Both the position numbers and the translations under genes were made by a program. This document shows, in pieces, positions 34,637 to 44,016 of a DNA stretch of 64,000 nt. The notes beneath the pieces are model-generated. The model was not told where the DNA came from, made no database searches, and worked only from the letters and a program-made list of their open reading frames with translations. How positions within the stretch are numbered: position 1 is the stretch's first letter; every line of letters begins with the position of its first letter. This DNA is from Planctomycetota bacterium (GTDB taxonomy: Bacteria; Planctomycetota; UBA1135; UBA2386), in NCBI GenBank assembly GCA_016872675.1, contig VGZG01000003.1, forward strand, positions 175-64,174, written 5' to 3'.

Positions 34637-36112
34637 ATGCGTCCGCTGCGCCTCGCCCTCTGCGCATCCGAAGTCGCGCCGTTCGCCAAGACCGGCGGCC
34701 TCGCTGACGTGCTGCTCGGCCTCGGCCGCTGGCTCGGCCGCAAGGCCCCAGCCGGCCCCGGCCACGACGTCCGGATCTTCCTGCCTTACTACAAGAAGAT
34801 CGCCGCGTCGGGCCTGGCGACCACGCCGCTCGCCGGCGCGCAGGACATCGAGGTGCGCTTCCCGGCGCGCACGATCCGCTTCTCGATCCGCACCGCGCCG
34901 CTGCCCCAGAGCGACGTGCTGGCGCACTTCGTCGACTGCAAGGAGCTTTACGACCGCGACGCCATCTACACCGAGGACGGCGACGAGCCGCTGCGCTTTG
35001 GCCTGCTGTCGCGCGCCGTGCTGGAGACCTGCCAGCGGCTGGAATGGGCGCCGGACGTCGTGCACTGCAACGACTGGCACACCGGCCTGCTGCCGCTGTA
35101 TCTGCGCACGGTCTACGCCTGGGACCGGCTGTTCGCCGCGACCAAGACGGCGCTCACTATCCACAACATCGGCTACCAGGGGCGATTCGACGCCGCCCAA
35201 CTCGACGTGCTCGGGCTCGGCGACCAGCGCGCGCACGTGCACCACGGCGACCTGCGCGACGGCAAGGTCTCGTTCCTCAAGACTGGCGTGCTGCACGCCG
35301 GTCGGCTGACGACGGTGTCGAAGACGTACGCCCGCGAGATCCAGACCGCCGAGTTCGGCATGGGCCTGGAAGAACTAATGCGGCAGCGCGCCAACGACCT
35401 CGTCGGCATCGTCAACGGCGTCGACTACGGCGAGTGGAATCCGGCCGACGACCCGCGCATCCCGCACCACTTCCACGCCGGCGACCTCGCCGGCAAGGCC
35501 AAGATGAAGGCCGCGATGCTGCAGCGCTTCCAGCTGCCGCACGACCCGCGCGCGCCGGTGTTCGGCGTCGTCTCGCGCCTGACCGCGCAGAAGGGCTTCG
35601 AGCTGTTCGCCGACTCGATCCCGGTGTTCCTGCAGCGCGAGGACATGCGCCTGTGCGTGCTCGGCTCGGGCGACGACAAGCACGAGAGCTACTTCCAGTG
35701 GCTGCGCGACACCTGGCCGCGCAAGGTCTCGGTCTATCGCGGCTTCCAGGAAGACCTCGCGCATTGGATCGAGGCCGGCAGCGACGTCTTCTTGATGCCG
35801 AGCCGCTTCGAGCCGTGCGGCCTCAACCAGATGTACAGCCTGCGCTACGGCACACCGCCGATCGTCCGTCGCACCGGCGGTCTCGCCGACACCGTTGCGC
35901 CGTGGAACCCCGACACCCGGACGGGCACGGGCTTCCTGTTCGACGAGTACAGCAGCCAGGCGCTGGCAGGGACCATCGACTGGGCGCTGCGCAACTGGCG
36001 CGACCAGAAGGGCTGGCAGCAGCTGATGAAGAACGGCATGCAGCAGGACTTCTCGTGGGACAAGCAAGGCCCCGAGTACGTCGCCCTCTACCGCGCCCTG
36101 ACGGGCCTTTGA
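34637..36112 (+). CDS. glgA: Glycogen (starch) synthase, GT5
   Basis: 'EVAPFAKTGGLADV', 'NDWHTGLLPLY', 'GIVNGVDYGEWNPADD', 'SRLTAQKGFEL' and 'PSRFEPCGLNQMYSLRYGTPPIVRRTGGLADTV' are canonical GlgA blocks. The start is ATG 34637. Confidence 0.9.
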   Translation: MRPLRLALCASEVAPFAKTGGLADVLLGLGRWLGRKAPAGPGHDVRIFLPYYKKIAASGLATTPLAGAQDIEVRFPARTIRFSIRTAPLPQSDVLAHFVDCKELYDRDAIYTEDGDEPLRFGLLSRAVLETCQRLEWAPDVVHCNDWHTGLLPLYLRTVYAWDRLFAATKTALTIHNIGYQGRFDAAQLDVLGLGDQRAHVHHGDLRDGKVSFLKTGVLHAGRLTTVSKTYAREIQTAEFGMGLEELMRQRANDLVGIVNGVDYGEWNPADDPRIPHHFHAGDLAGKAKMKAAMLQRFQLPHDPRAPVFGVVSRLTAQKGFELFADSIPVFLQREDMRLCVLGSGDDKHESYFQWLRDTWPRKVSVYRGFQEDLAHWIEAGSDVFLMPSRFEPCGLNQMYSLRYGTPPIVRRTGGLADTVAPWNPDTRTGTGFLFDEYSSQALAGTIDWALRNWRDQKGWQQLMKNGMQQDFSWDKQGPEYVALYRALTGL

Positions 36113-36146
36113 CCCTGATCGGCCTCCGCCACCACGACGCCTCGCC

Positions 36147-37367
36147 ATGCATGTCGCCTTCATCGAGCCCTGCTTCCCGAAGAACCAACGTGAGTTCCTG
36201 CGCGGCCTGCTGAGCACCGGCGCGCGCGTCTCCGCGATCAGCGAACGCCCGCCGGAGGCGCTGCCGTCGGAGCTGCGCGACGACCTGTTCCAGTACGAGC
36301 GGGTGAGGTCGGTCGTCGACGAGCACGCGCTCGCCGAGGCGTGCAAGCGCCTGAGCCAGCGCGCCCGCGTCGATCGGCTCGAGGCGACCGTCGAGGCGCA
36401 CGTGATGGCCGCCGCGAACGTGCGCGAGAAGCTCTCGATCCACGGCACCACGTCGAAGACGGCGTGGCTGTGCCGCGACAAGCCGGCGATGAAGGAAGCG
36501 GTGCGCGCCGCGGGGCTCGGCTGCGCCGCCAGCGCCCGCGTTGCCTCGGTCGCCGACGCCGAGGCCTTCGCCAAGGCCAACGGCTACCCGCTGATTCTCA
36601 AGCCGATCGACGGCGCCGGCGCTTCAGGCGCGACCAAGTGCGTCGCCGACGCCGAACTGAGGTCGGCGTGCGAGGCGCTGCGCGTCGGCAGCGGCCGCGA
36701 GGTCGCGATCGAGGAATTCCTCGAGGGCCACGAGGGCTTCTACGACACGCTGTCGGTGAACGGCACGGTCGTGCTCGACTTCGTCAGCCACTACTACCCC
36801 AACGTGCTCGAGGCGATGCGGACGCGCTGGATCAGCCCGCAGATCGTCGTCAGCAACCGCATCGATCAGGACAGCTACAAGGAGCTGCGCGCCTTCGGCC
36901 AGAAGGTCGTCTCGGCGCTCGGCATCTGGACCTCGCCGACCCACATGGAGTGGTTCTTCGGCCAGAAGGGCCTGAAGTTCTCCGAGATCGGCTGCCGGCC
37001 GCCGGGCGTCGGCGTCTGGGACCTCTATTGCGCCGCCAACGAGTTCGACCTCTACGCCGCGTGGGCGCACGCGATCGTGCACGAGCAGGTGCCGTTCCGG
37101 CCGAGCCGCAAGTACGCCGCCGGCATGATCGCGCTGCGCCCGGACCAGGACGGCACGATCGCCGGGTACGAGGGCTGGGAGCGTTTCCAGCAGCAGCACG
37201 GCCAGTGGATCCTCGACAGCCATCTGCCGCCCGCCGGCACGCCGACCCAGGGCGTCGAGGCCGGCTACATGGCCAACGCCTACGTGCGTATGCGCCACCC
37301 CGACTTCGACCAGCTGCGCGCGATGCTGAACGCCTGCGGCGAGCAGGTGAAGGTGAAGGCCCGATGA
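36147..37367 (+). CDS. ATP-grasp ligase paralog C (406 aa)
   Basis: 'MHVAFIEPCFP...', 'CRDKPAMKEAV', 'GYPLILKPIDGAGASGA', 'IEEFLEGHEGFYD', 'PTHMEWFF' and 'SEIGCRPPG' are present. The gene starts 34 nt after the glgA stop. Confidence 0.8.
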   Translation: MHVAFIEPCFPKNQREFLRGLLSTGARVSAISERPPEALPSELRDDLFQYERVRSVVDEHALAEACKRLSQRARVDRLEATVEAHVMAAANVREKLSIHGTTSKTAWLCRDKPAMKEAVRAAGLGCAASARVASVADAEAFAKANGYPLILKPIDGAGASGATKCVADAELRSACEALRVGSGREVAIEEFLEGHEGFYDTLSVNGTVVLDFVSHYYPNVLEAMRTRWISPQIVVSNRIDQDSYKELRAFGQKVVSALGIWTSPTHMEWFFGQKGLKFSEIGCRPPGVGVWDLYCAANEFDLYAAWAHAIVHEQVPFRPSRKYAAGMIALRPDQDGTIAGYEGWERFQQQHGQWILDSHLPPAGTPTQGVEAGYMANAYVRMRHPDFDQLRAMLNACGEQVKVKAR

Positions 37368-37468
37368 TCCCCCGCTGCGCCCGCTCGTTCCTCAGCACAG
37401 CTTGCCTCGTCGCGCTCGGCGGCGACGCCGACGGCTACTGATCGCCGCGGCCGGCGCGCCGCAGGCTC

Positions 37469-38200
37469 CTACGCGTCGGCCAGCCGGTAGCGCTGCACGC
37501 GCACGCCGAGCGCGCGCATGGCCGCCGCGCCGACGAACTCGGGCCCAGGCGAGACGTCGAGCATCGACCACTTCGCGGCGTCTTCCTTGCCGTCGCGGAT
37601 GGCGACCAAGCGCGGCTCATCGCACAAACTGACGTCGAACACATCGAGCGGCATCGACAGACCTTCGCCGAGCGCCTTGATGTAAGCCTCCTTGCGGGTC
37701 CAGCAGCGGTAGAACGCCAACTCGCGCGCTTCGCCCTGCAGCGCGTCGAGGGCCGCGAACTCAGACGGCGAGAAGTGCTTGCGGGCGATCTCCGTCAGGC
37801 TGTCGAGGCGACGCACCTTCTCGACGTCGAGGCCGACTTCGGTCTTCGACACGCCAATCAGCGCAAGCTTGCCGCTGTGCGAGAGGTTGAAGTGCGGGCC
37901 GGGCGCGGCGAGGAACGGCTTGCCGCGCGGGCCAGCGGCGAACTCGACGTCAGCCGGGCCACAACCGAGGTAACCGGCGAGGATCAGGCGCAGCGCGCCG
38001 TGGCCAATCTGGAAACGGCGGCGATGGTCGGCGAAGTGAAAGCGGCTGAGCCGCTGGTTCTCTGCCTTCGAGAGGTTCGCGCCGAGCCGCTCCGCATCAC
38101 CGGTCAACGGCACCGCCCAGACGTGCAACTCGCCGTCGACGAGCGTCGGACTGCCAGCGCGGGTGACCGCGAAGGTGTCGTGCAGCGCAAGCTCTTCCAT
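37469..38200 (-). CDS. Sfp-type 4'-phosphopantetheinyl transferase
   Basis: 'GPRGKPFL...HFNLSHSGKLALIGVS..EVGLDVEKV' and 'FYRCWTRKEAYIKALGEGL' are the PPTase motifs (G-x-P, F-N-x-S-H-S, G-x-D, W-x-x-K-E-A-x-x-K). Confidence 0.8.
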   Translation of the reverse strand: MEELALHDTFAVTRAGSPTLVDGELHVWAVPLTGDAERLGANLSKAENQRLSRFHFADHRRRFQIGHGALRLILAGYLGCGPADVEFAAGPRGKPFLAAPGPHFNLSHSGKLALIGVSKTEVGLDVEKVRRLDSLTEIARKHFSPSEFAALDALQGEARELAFYRCWTRKEAYIKALGEGLSMPLDVFDVSLCDEPRLVAIRDGKEDAAKWSMLDVSPGPEFVGAAAMRALGVRVQRYRLADA

Positions 38201-38248
38201 GGGGCCAGCGCAGATTACCGACTCGCGGCCGTTCGGGAAGTCGGCCGA

Positions 38249-41104
38249 TCAGCGAATGTCGCGGCGGAACGGCGCCGCCGGCAGGCCGTGCGACGACGAC
38301 AGCGACCACGCCGGCACGGCCGCCCAGGCGTAGCGGACCTTGCGCGGCTCTGGCACGCCAGCAGCGACCAGTTCGACCGCGCCATCGACCAGACGCGCGC
38401 CTGCTGACCGGAACTCGCCGTCGGCGCCGGCGAGTTCGAAACCAACACCGGCGCCGGCGAGCGCCAGTTTCTCCGCGCCTTTGAAATGCAGCGTCACGCG
38501 TTCGCCGGCGCGCACGGCATCGACGCACACCGGGCCTTCGCACGGCACGTCCTCGCCATACGTGCGCGCCCGCGCCAGCAGCGCCAGCCGCTCCCCGACC
38601 GGGCGCTTGGCGCGCGGATGGATGTCCTTTGGATCGCCGACGTCGAGGGTCGTGACCATGCCGGTGCCCGGCAGCGCCAGCGCCGCGGCCTGCGCCTCGC
38701 GCAGCTCCGCCGTCTGGCCGGAGTCGCGCTCGTAGCCATACGGCGCGATCTGCACGAAGTGGAAGGCCAGCGACTCGCCGAAGCCATCGCGCCAGTCGCG
38801 CACCAGGGCGGGGAACAGGCGGGCGTATTGCGCGGCGCGCCCGCGGTTGCTCTCGCCCTGGTACCAGATCGCGCCGGCGAACGGGAACGGCTGCAGCGGC
38901 GCGATCATGCCGTTCCACAGCACGCTGGCGCGATTCGGGCCGCCGTCGCGCGGCCACGGCGGCAGCTGTCCAAGCGCCGCGAGCGTGCGCCGTTGCCAGC
39001 CGTCGACGAGCGGGGCCGACGCGTCGGGCGCGTCGCGGCGACGCAGACACAACGCCGCCGGCGCGCCGCCAAATCCGCCTTCGCCGCTGGTGTCGACGAC
39101 GCGGATGCGCAACTCGTGCGGTCCGACGGTCGCGAGCCGCGCCGGCACGATGTAGTCGCGCGGCGTATTCCACGCACCGTCGCGGTCCATGCCGCCGATG
39201 CGCTCGCCGTCCCACGTGGCGACGTCCATATCGTCGATCGGGCCGAGTTCGAGCGCGAGCTCCGTGCCCGACCACGCCGCCGGCACGTTGACCGTGACGC
39301 GATACTCGGCAGCGCCGTCGAAGTCGCCGAGTCCGCTCCGCGACCAGACGTCCGGCATCGCGCACGCGACGAACACGCCGGACTCGGCCGACCCGACCGC
39401 GCGCCAGAATGCGCGCCGCTGCGCCGCCGGATCGGCACCGGTGTCGCGCAGTTGCGCCAGTTGGCCGGCGAACTCCGGGAAACCACTCAGGCCAGCGGCG
39501 CTGGTCCACGCCTCGGCGACGGTGCCACCCCACGCACTGACGACGAGACCGAACGGACGCCCGCGCGCCTGCTGCAGCGCGCGCGCGAAGTGGAAGCCGA
39601 CTGCCGAGAAGTCCTTGGCCACCGCCGGCGCACAGACCTGCCAGCTGCCGTCGCAGTCGGCCTGCGGCGTGTTGCTCGCGCGGCGCGCCACCGTGAACAC
39701 ACGCAAGGTCGGCAGGTCGGCGGCAGCGATCGCTGCCTCGTGGCCATCGATGCCTTCGCTCCAGCCTGCCTTGCCGAGCTGCATCTCCATGTTGCTCTGG
39801 CCGGACGCCAACCAGACGTCGCCGGCGAGCACGTCGCGCACGTCGATGCGCTGGCCGGCGCAAGCGACGGCGAAGTCATGCGCCCCGCCCGGCGCGGTCG
39901 GCGTCGCCAGATCGACCGCGAAGCGTCCGTCGGCGCCGCACAGGCCACGGCCGGAAGCGCCCCACGACGCGGTGACGTCGACGATGGCGTAGGCCGTCGC
40001 CGTGCCGCGCACCGCCACGACGCCGCCGACCGGCATGACCATGTGGTCGCTGAACAAGCGCGCGAGCGCGAGCGGCTGGCGCGGCCAACCAGTGCGGCGC
40101 GCGACGCGGCCGGCGTCGCCCGCTGCCCACACGCTGCCGTCGCGGCCGACCGCGCAGGCATGGAATCCGATCGGCGTCACCGACGCGCCTTCGCCGCGCC
40201 ACTGCGTCGTGCCGTGCGAGCCCACCGCGAGCGCCGTCCCGTCGTCGAGCCACGCGACCGCCGACCGGAAGCCGCTGAACCCTTCGACCGCCGTCCACGT
40301 GCGGCCGCCGTCCGTCGTCTGCGCCGCGCCGCCGACCGTCGGATCGGCGTAGTCCCCGCCGACGACGAGGCCCCGTTCGCCGCGGAACGCAAGGCCGAAG
40401 GCGCCGCGCGACGCAGAGCCCGCCGGCAGCGGCAGATCCTGCGTCGTCCAACCGGCCGCGTCGCCGCGCAGCAGCCGCGCGCGCGCGCCGCCGCCGGTAG
40501 CGATCCAGAAGATCTCGCGCCCCACCTCGCCAGTCACGGCGACGCAGGCGCCGCTCGCGGCGAATGCGGCTTCGCCCGGCAGCGGTGCGGGCAGCTGGTT
40601 CGCCGGCGCCGCGTGCCACGTCGCCCCGCCGTCGCGCGACGTCCAGACGCCGAAGGCGCCGTCGATCGGATCGCCAAACAGCACGCCGACGTCGCCCTGG
40701 AACGCCATCGCGTCGAAGAACGCGCCCGGTCGATCGTCGGCGAGCACGGTCCGCCACGAGACCCCGCCGTCGTCGGTGCGCAGCACGCGCGCCGGCGTGC
40801 CGGCGACCATCGCCAGCGCCCGCTGCGCGTCCCAGGCTTCGACATCGCGGAAGTCCCACGCCGAAGCGTCAGCGGGCGCGACGTTGCTCCAGTCCGAGCC
40901 GCCGTCGGTCGTGCGCCAGATCGCGCCCTTGCTGCCGCTCACCCATGCCACCGATGCATCGACGACCGCGAGACCGCGCAAGCTGGACGTCCCGGTCGAT
41001 GTCACGCGCCACGAGACGGCGCCTTCGCCTTCGCCGCTCGGCGCGACGCAGGAAGTGAGCACGAAGAGAGCGAGACAAAAGCGCGACAAGACGAGGCAGG
41101 GCAT
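38249..41104 (-). CDS. Lipoprotein: BNR/Asp-box beta-propeller fused to sialate O-acetylesterase (SASA/SGNH-like) domain
   Basis: Lipobox 'FVLTSC'. Four Asp-box-like motifs are present (TTDGGSDWS, TDDGGVSWR, SRDGGATWH, TTDGGRTWT). The C-terminal part has 'GDVWLASGQSNME', 'SAWGGTVAEAW' and 'GAIWYQGESN', typical of sialate O-acetylesterases. Confidence 0.75.
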   Translation of the reverse strand: MPCLVLSRFCLALFVLTSCVAPSGEGEGAVSWRVTSTGTSSLRGLAVVDASVAWVSGSKGAIWRTTDGGSDWSNVAPADASAWDFRDVEAWDAQRALAMVAGTPARVLRTDDGGVSWRTVLADDRPGAFFDAMAFQGDVGVLFGDPIDGAFGVWTSRDGGATWHAAPANQLPAPLPGEAAFAASGACVAVTGEVGREIFWIATGGGARARLLRGDAAGWTTQDLPLPAGSASRGAFGLAFRGERGLVVGGDYADPTVGGAAQTTDGGRTWTAVEGFSGFRSAVAWLDDGTALAVGSHGTTQWRGEGASVTPIGFHACAVGRDGSVWAAGDAGRVARRTGWPRQPLALARLFSDHMVMPVGGVVAVRGTATAYAIVDVTASWGASGRGLCGADGRFAVDLATPTAPGGAHDFAVACAGQRIDVRDVLAGDVWLASGQSNMEMQLGKAGWSEGIDGHEAAIAAADLPTLRVFTVARRASNTPQADCDGSWQVCAPAVAKDFSAVGFHFARALQQARGRPFGLVVSAWGGTVAEAWTSAAGLSGFPEFAGQLAQLRDTGADPAAQRRAFWRAVGSAESGVFVACAMPDVWSRSGLGDFDGAAEYRVTVNVPAAWSGTELALELGPIDDMDVATWDGERIGGMDRDGAWNTPRDYIVPARLATVGPHELRIRVVDTSGEGGFGGAPAALCLRRRDAPDASAPLVDGWQRRTLAALGQLPPWPRDGGPNRASVLWNGMIAPLQPFPFAGAIWYQGESNRGRAAQYARLFPALVRDWRDGFGESLAFHFVQIAPYGYERDSGQTAELREAQAAALALPGTGMVTTLDVGDPKDIHPRAKRPVGERLALLARARTYGEDVPCEGPVCVDAVRAGERVTLHFKGAEKLALAGAGVGFELAGADGEFRSAGARLVDGAVELVAAGVPEPRKVRYAWAAVPAWSLSSSHGLPAAPFRRDIR

Positions 41105-41163
41105 GGCAGCGGCAGTCAGTATGGTGACACTGCGGCCGCACAGCCACGGTCGCGCACGCGCGC

Positions 41164-44013
41164 ATGCGTCCCAACCTCGTCGCCGCTGCCCTCCTCGCCA
41201 CCACGCCGCTGTGCGCGCAGGGCGAGCGCGATCCCGATTGGGCCTTCCGGCCCTGGCGAACCGCGACCCCGCCGACGGTGGCCGACGCCGCCTGGAACGC
41301 GCACCCTATCGACCGCTTCGTGCGCGCCCGTCTCGCCGCTGCCGGCCTGGCGCCAGTCGCCGTCGCCGACAAGCACACGCTCATCCGCCGCGCCACCTTC
41401 GCCTTGACCGGACTGCCGCCGACGCCGGCCGAGGTTGACGCCTTCCTCGCCGACGACACGGCCGACTCGTTCGTGCGCGTCGTCGACCGCCTGCTCGCAT
41501 CGCCGCACTACGGCGAACACCAGGCGCGCGCGTGGCTCGACCTCGCGCGCTACAGCGACAGCAACGGGCTTGACGAGAACCTCGCGTTCGCCAACGCGTG
41601 GCGTTACCGCGATTGGGTCGTGCAGGCGCACAACCAGGACCTGCCGTACGACCGCTTCGTCGCCATGCAGATCGCCGGCGACCTGCTCGCCGACGACCCG
41701 GCCGTGGGCGTCGACGGCTATGTGGCCACCGGGTTCCTGGCGCTCGGGCCGCGCATGCTCGCCGAGCAGGACAAGGAGAAGCTCGTGCTCGACACCGTCG
41801 ACGAGCAGGTCGACCTCGTCGGCCGCACGGTGCTCGGCTTGACCATCGGCTGCGCCCGCTGCCACGACCACAAGTTCGATCCGATCCCGACCGCCGACTA
41901 CTACGCGCTCGCCGGCGTGTTCCGCAGCAGCAAGAGCTTCCACAACCTCGACCACGTCTCGCGCTGGTTCGACCGCGAAGCCGCCAGCGACGCCGCCGTC
42001 GCCGCTCGCAAACAGGCCGAAGGCCGGCGCGACGACGCCGAGAAGGCGTACGCAACCGCCGCCGCGGCCGCCGCGGCCGAACTGCGGGCGCGCATCGTCG
42101 GCGACGCCGGCCGCTACCTGCTCGCGGGCCATGAACTGCTGCGCCGTTCGCTGTTCGTGCAGGCCGAGGACGCGACCGCAACCAGCCTCGGCGCCGACGA
42201 CCGCCTCTACGGTGACGCCACCACGAAGATTCTGCACACGCAGCAAGGCGGCGACCAGTTCGCCGCGTGGCAAGTGACCGCGACGACCGCCGGCCGCTTC
42301 CAACTCGCGGTGCGCTACGCGGCACAGGAGTCGCGACCGATGCGCGCGCGGCTCGACGACGTCGTGGTCGCCGAGTCGGCGCTGGCGGCGACGACTGGCG
42401 GCTGGCGCGCCGAGCACCAGCAGTGGCACGCGGTGGCCACGGTCGATCTAGCGGCGGGCGCACACACGCTGCGGTTGGAGGCGTTGGGCGCGAACGTGCC
42501 CCACCTCGACGCTGTGCTCCTGACCCCCGTCGACCAAGCGCACGCGTCCGACCTGATGGCGCCGGTCGTGCGGCAAGCGGCCACGGCGTTCGCCACCGCC
42601 ACGGACAACGCCGTGCTGCGCTTCTGGCGCGAACTGTGCAACGGCGACGACGCCGGCTTCGCCGCGCGCGCCGGCGCGGCGCAGGGCAAGGGCGGACTCG
42701 CCGCGATCCTGCTCGGCGGGGAGCCGCCGGCGACGCCGCGCGAGTTGGCCACGCGCGCGCAGGTCTTCTTCGCCGCCGCCGACGCGGCCGCAACGGCGGC
42801 CCAGCGCGCGAAGAAGAAGGACGACAAGAGCCCGCTCCGCCTCGACGAACCGCTGCTCGAAGACGCCCACCGTCTCCTGCGCGATGCCGGCGGCCTGCTG
42901 GCCGTGCCCGAGCCCGAACTGCGGCCGTTCCACGCGCCAGCGACGGCGCTGCGGCTACAGGAACTCGCCGACATCCGCGACGGCGCCGTGCAAGCCGTGC
43001 CCGCGCGCGCGCCAACGGTGATCTGCGTCGTCGACGACAAGCCGGTCGACCTGCCGGTGCACCTGCGCGGCAGCCACCTGACGCTCGCCGCCGAGAAGAC
43101 GCCGCGCGGCGTGCTGTCCGCGCTCGCCGCCTTCGTGCCGCCGCCAACGATGCCCGCCGAGCGCAGCGGTCGGGCCGAGTTCGCGGCGTGGCTGTTCCGA
43201 TCCGAGCAGGCGCTGACTGCTCGCGTGCTCGCCAACCGCGTCTGGCAGCGCGCCTTCGGCCAGGGCCTCAGCCGTTCGCCGTCGAACTTCGGGCGCCGCG
43301 GCGACCAACCGCACGATCTCGACCTGCTCGACTGGCTGGCCGCCGACCTGCGCGCGTCCGGCTGGTCGCAGAAGGCGCTGTGGCGGCGCATCCTGCTGTC
43401 GCGCACATGGCAACTGGGCAGCAACGCGCCGATCGCGCTGCGTGACCAGGATCCCGACAACCGGCTGCTGGGACGCCAGAACCGCGTGCGGCTCTCGGCC
43501 GAAGGCGTGCGCGACGCGCTGTTCGCCGTCGCCGGCACCCTCGACCGCACGTTCGGCGGCTCACTGCTCGGCGCAGGCGATCGCGACTACGTCACCAACG
43601 ACCAGAGCAACGACCGCGCTCGCTACGATGCGCCGCGCCGCGCGCTCTACCTGCCGATCGTCCGCAACGCGATGTATGACCTGTTCACCGCATTCGACTA
43701 CGCCGACCCGAGCGTTCACATCGAACAGCGCCCGCAAACCGCGGTGGCGACGCAGGCGCTGATCCTGCTCAACGCGCCGCTGGTGGCGCAGCAGGCCAAG
43801 GCCTTGGTGGCGCGCCGTCCGACGAGCGTCGCCGACAACGCCGCGATCGCGTGGCTGTGGCGCGAAGCCCTCTGCCGCTCGCCGTCGCCCGCCGAATCGG
43901 CCGCTGCCCGTGCATGGCTGGCCGACGTCCGCAAGGACGGCGACGAAGCCGCGGCGTGGGCCGGCCTCGCGCAGGCGTTGTTCGCCAGCAACGAGTTCGT
44001 CTACGTGGACTGA
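41164..44013 (+). CDS. DUF1549/DUF1553 (PSCyt2/PSD1-type) protein with central CBM-like insert
   Basis: There is a signal peptide. 'HPIDRFV...LIRRATFALTGLPPTPAEVDAFL...SPHYGE..ARAWLDLARYSDSNG' is DUF1549-like. 'CARCHDHKFDPIPTADYYALAGVF' is present, and the C-terminus is DUF1553-like. The middle 'FVQAEDATA...RFQLAVRYAA...AHTLRLEALG' looks like a CBM6/35-type module. Confidence 0.85.
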   Translation: MRPNLVAAALLATTPLCAQGERDPDWAFRPWRTATPPTVADAAWNAHPIDRFVRARLAAAGLAPVAVADKHTLIRRATFALTGLPPTPAEVDAFLADDTADSFVRVVDRLLASPHYGEHQARAWLDLARYSDSNGLDENLAFANAWRYRDWVVQAHNQDLPYDRFVAMQIAGDLLADDPAVGVDGYVATGFLALGPRMLAEQDKEKLVLDTVDEQVDLVGRTVLGLTIGCARCHDHKFDPIPTADYYALAGVFRSSKSFHNLDHVSRWFDREAASDAAVAARKQAEGRRDDAEKAYATAAAAAAAELRARIVGDAGRYLLAGHELLRRSLFVQAEDATATSLGADDRLYGDATTKILHTQQGGDQFAAWQVTATTAGRFQLAVRYAAQESRPMRARLDDVVVAESALAATTGGWRAEHQQWHAVATVDLAAGAHTLRLEALGANVPHLDAVLLTPVDQAHASDLMAPVVRQAATAFATATDNAVLRFWRELCNGDDAGFAARAGAAQGKGGLAAILLGGEPPATPRELATRAQVFFAAADAAATAAQRAKKKDDKSPLRLDEPLLEDAHRLLRDAGGLLAVPEPELRPFHAPATALRLQELADIRDGAVQAVPARAPTVICVVDDKPVDLPVHLRGSHLTLAAEKTPRGVLSALAAFVPPPTMPAERSGRAEFAAWLFRSEQALTARVLANRVWQRAFGQGLSRSPSNFGRRGDQPHDLDLLDWLAADLRASGWSQKALWRRILLSRTWQLGSNAPIALRDQDPDNRLLGRQNRVRLSAEGVRDALFAVAGTLDRTFGGSLLGAGDRDYVTNDQSNDRARYDAPRRALYLPIVRNAMYDLFTAFDYADPSVHIEQRPQTAVATQALILLNAPLVAQQAKALVARRPTSVADNAAIAWLWREALCRSPSPAESAAARAWLADVRKDGDEAAAWAGLAQALFASNEFVYVD

Positions 44014-44016
44014 GCC

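Noticed and set aside
32052-37367. Interpreting the ATP-grasp trio as a graspetide/microviridin-type RiPP cluster
   Set aside because: I found no plausible short precursor-peptide ORF in the small gaps (33270-33288, 34516-34636, 36113-36146, 37368-37468). The enzymes are ~405 aa with a pre-ATP-grasp N-domain rather than ~325-aa RimK-like graspetide ligases. I cannot exclude the idea without HMM comparison.
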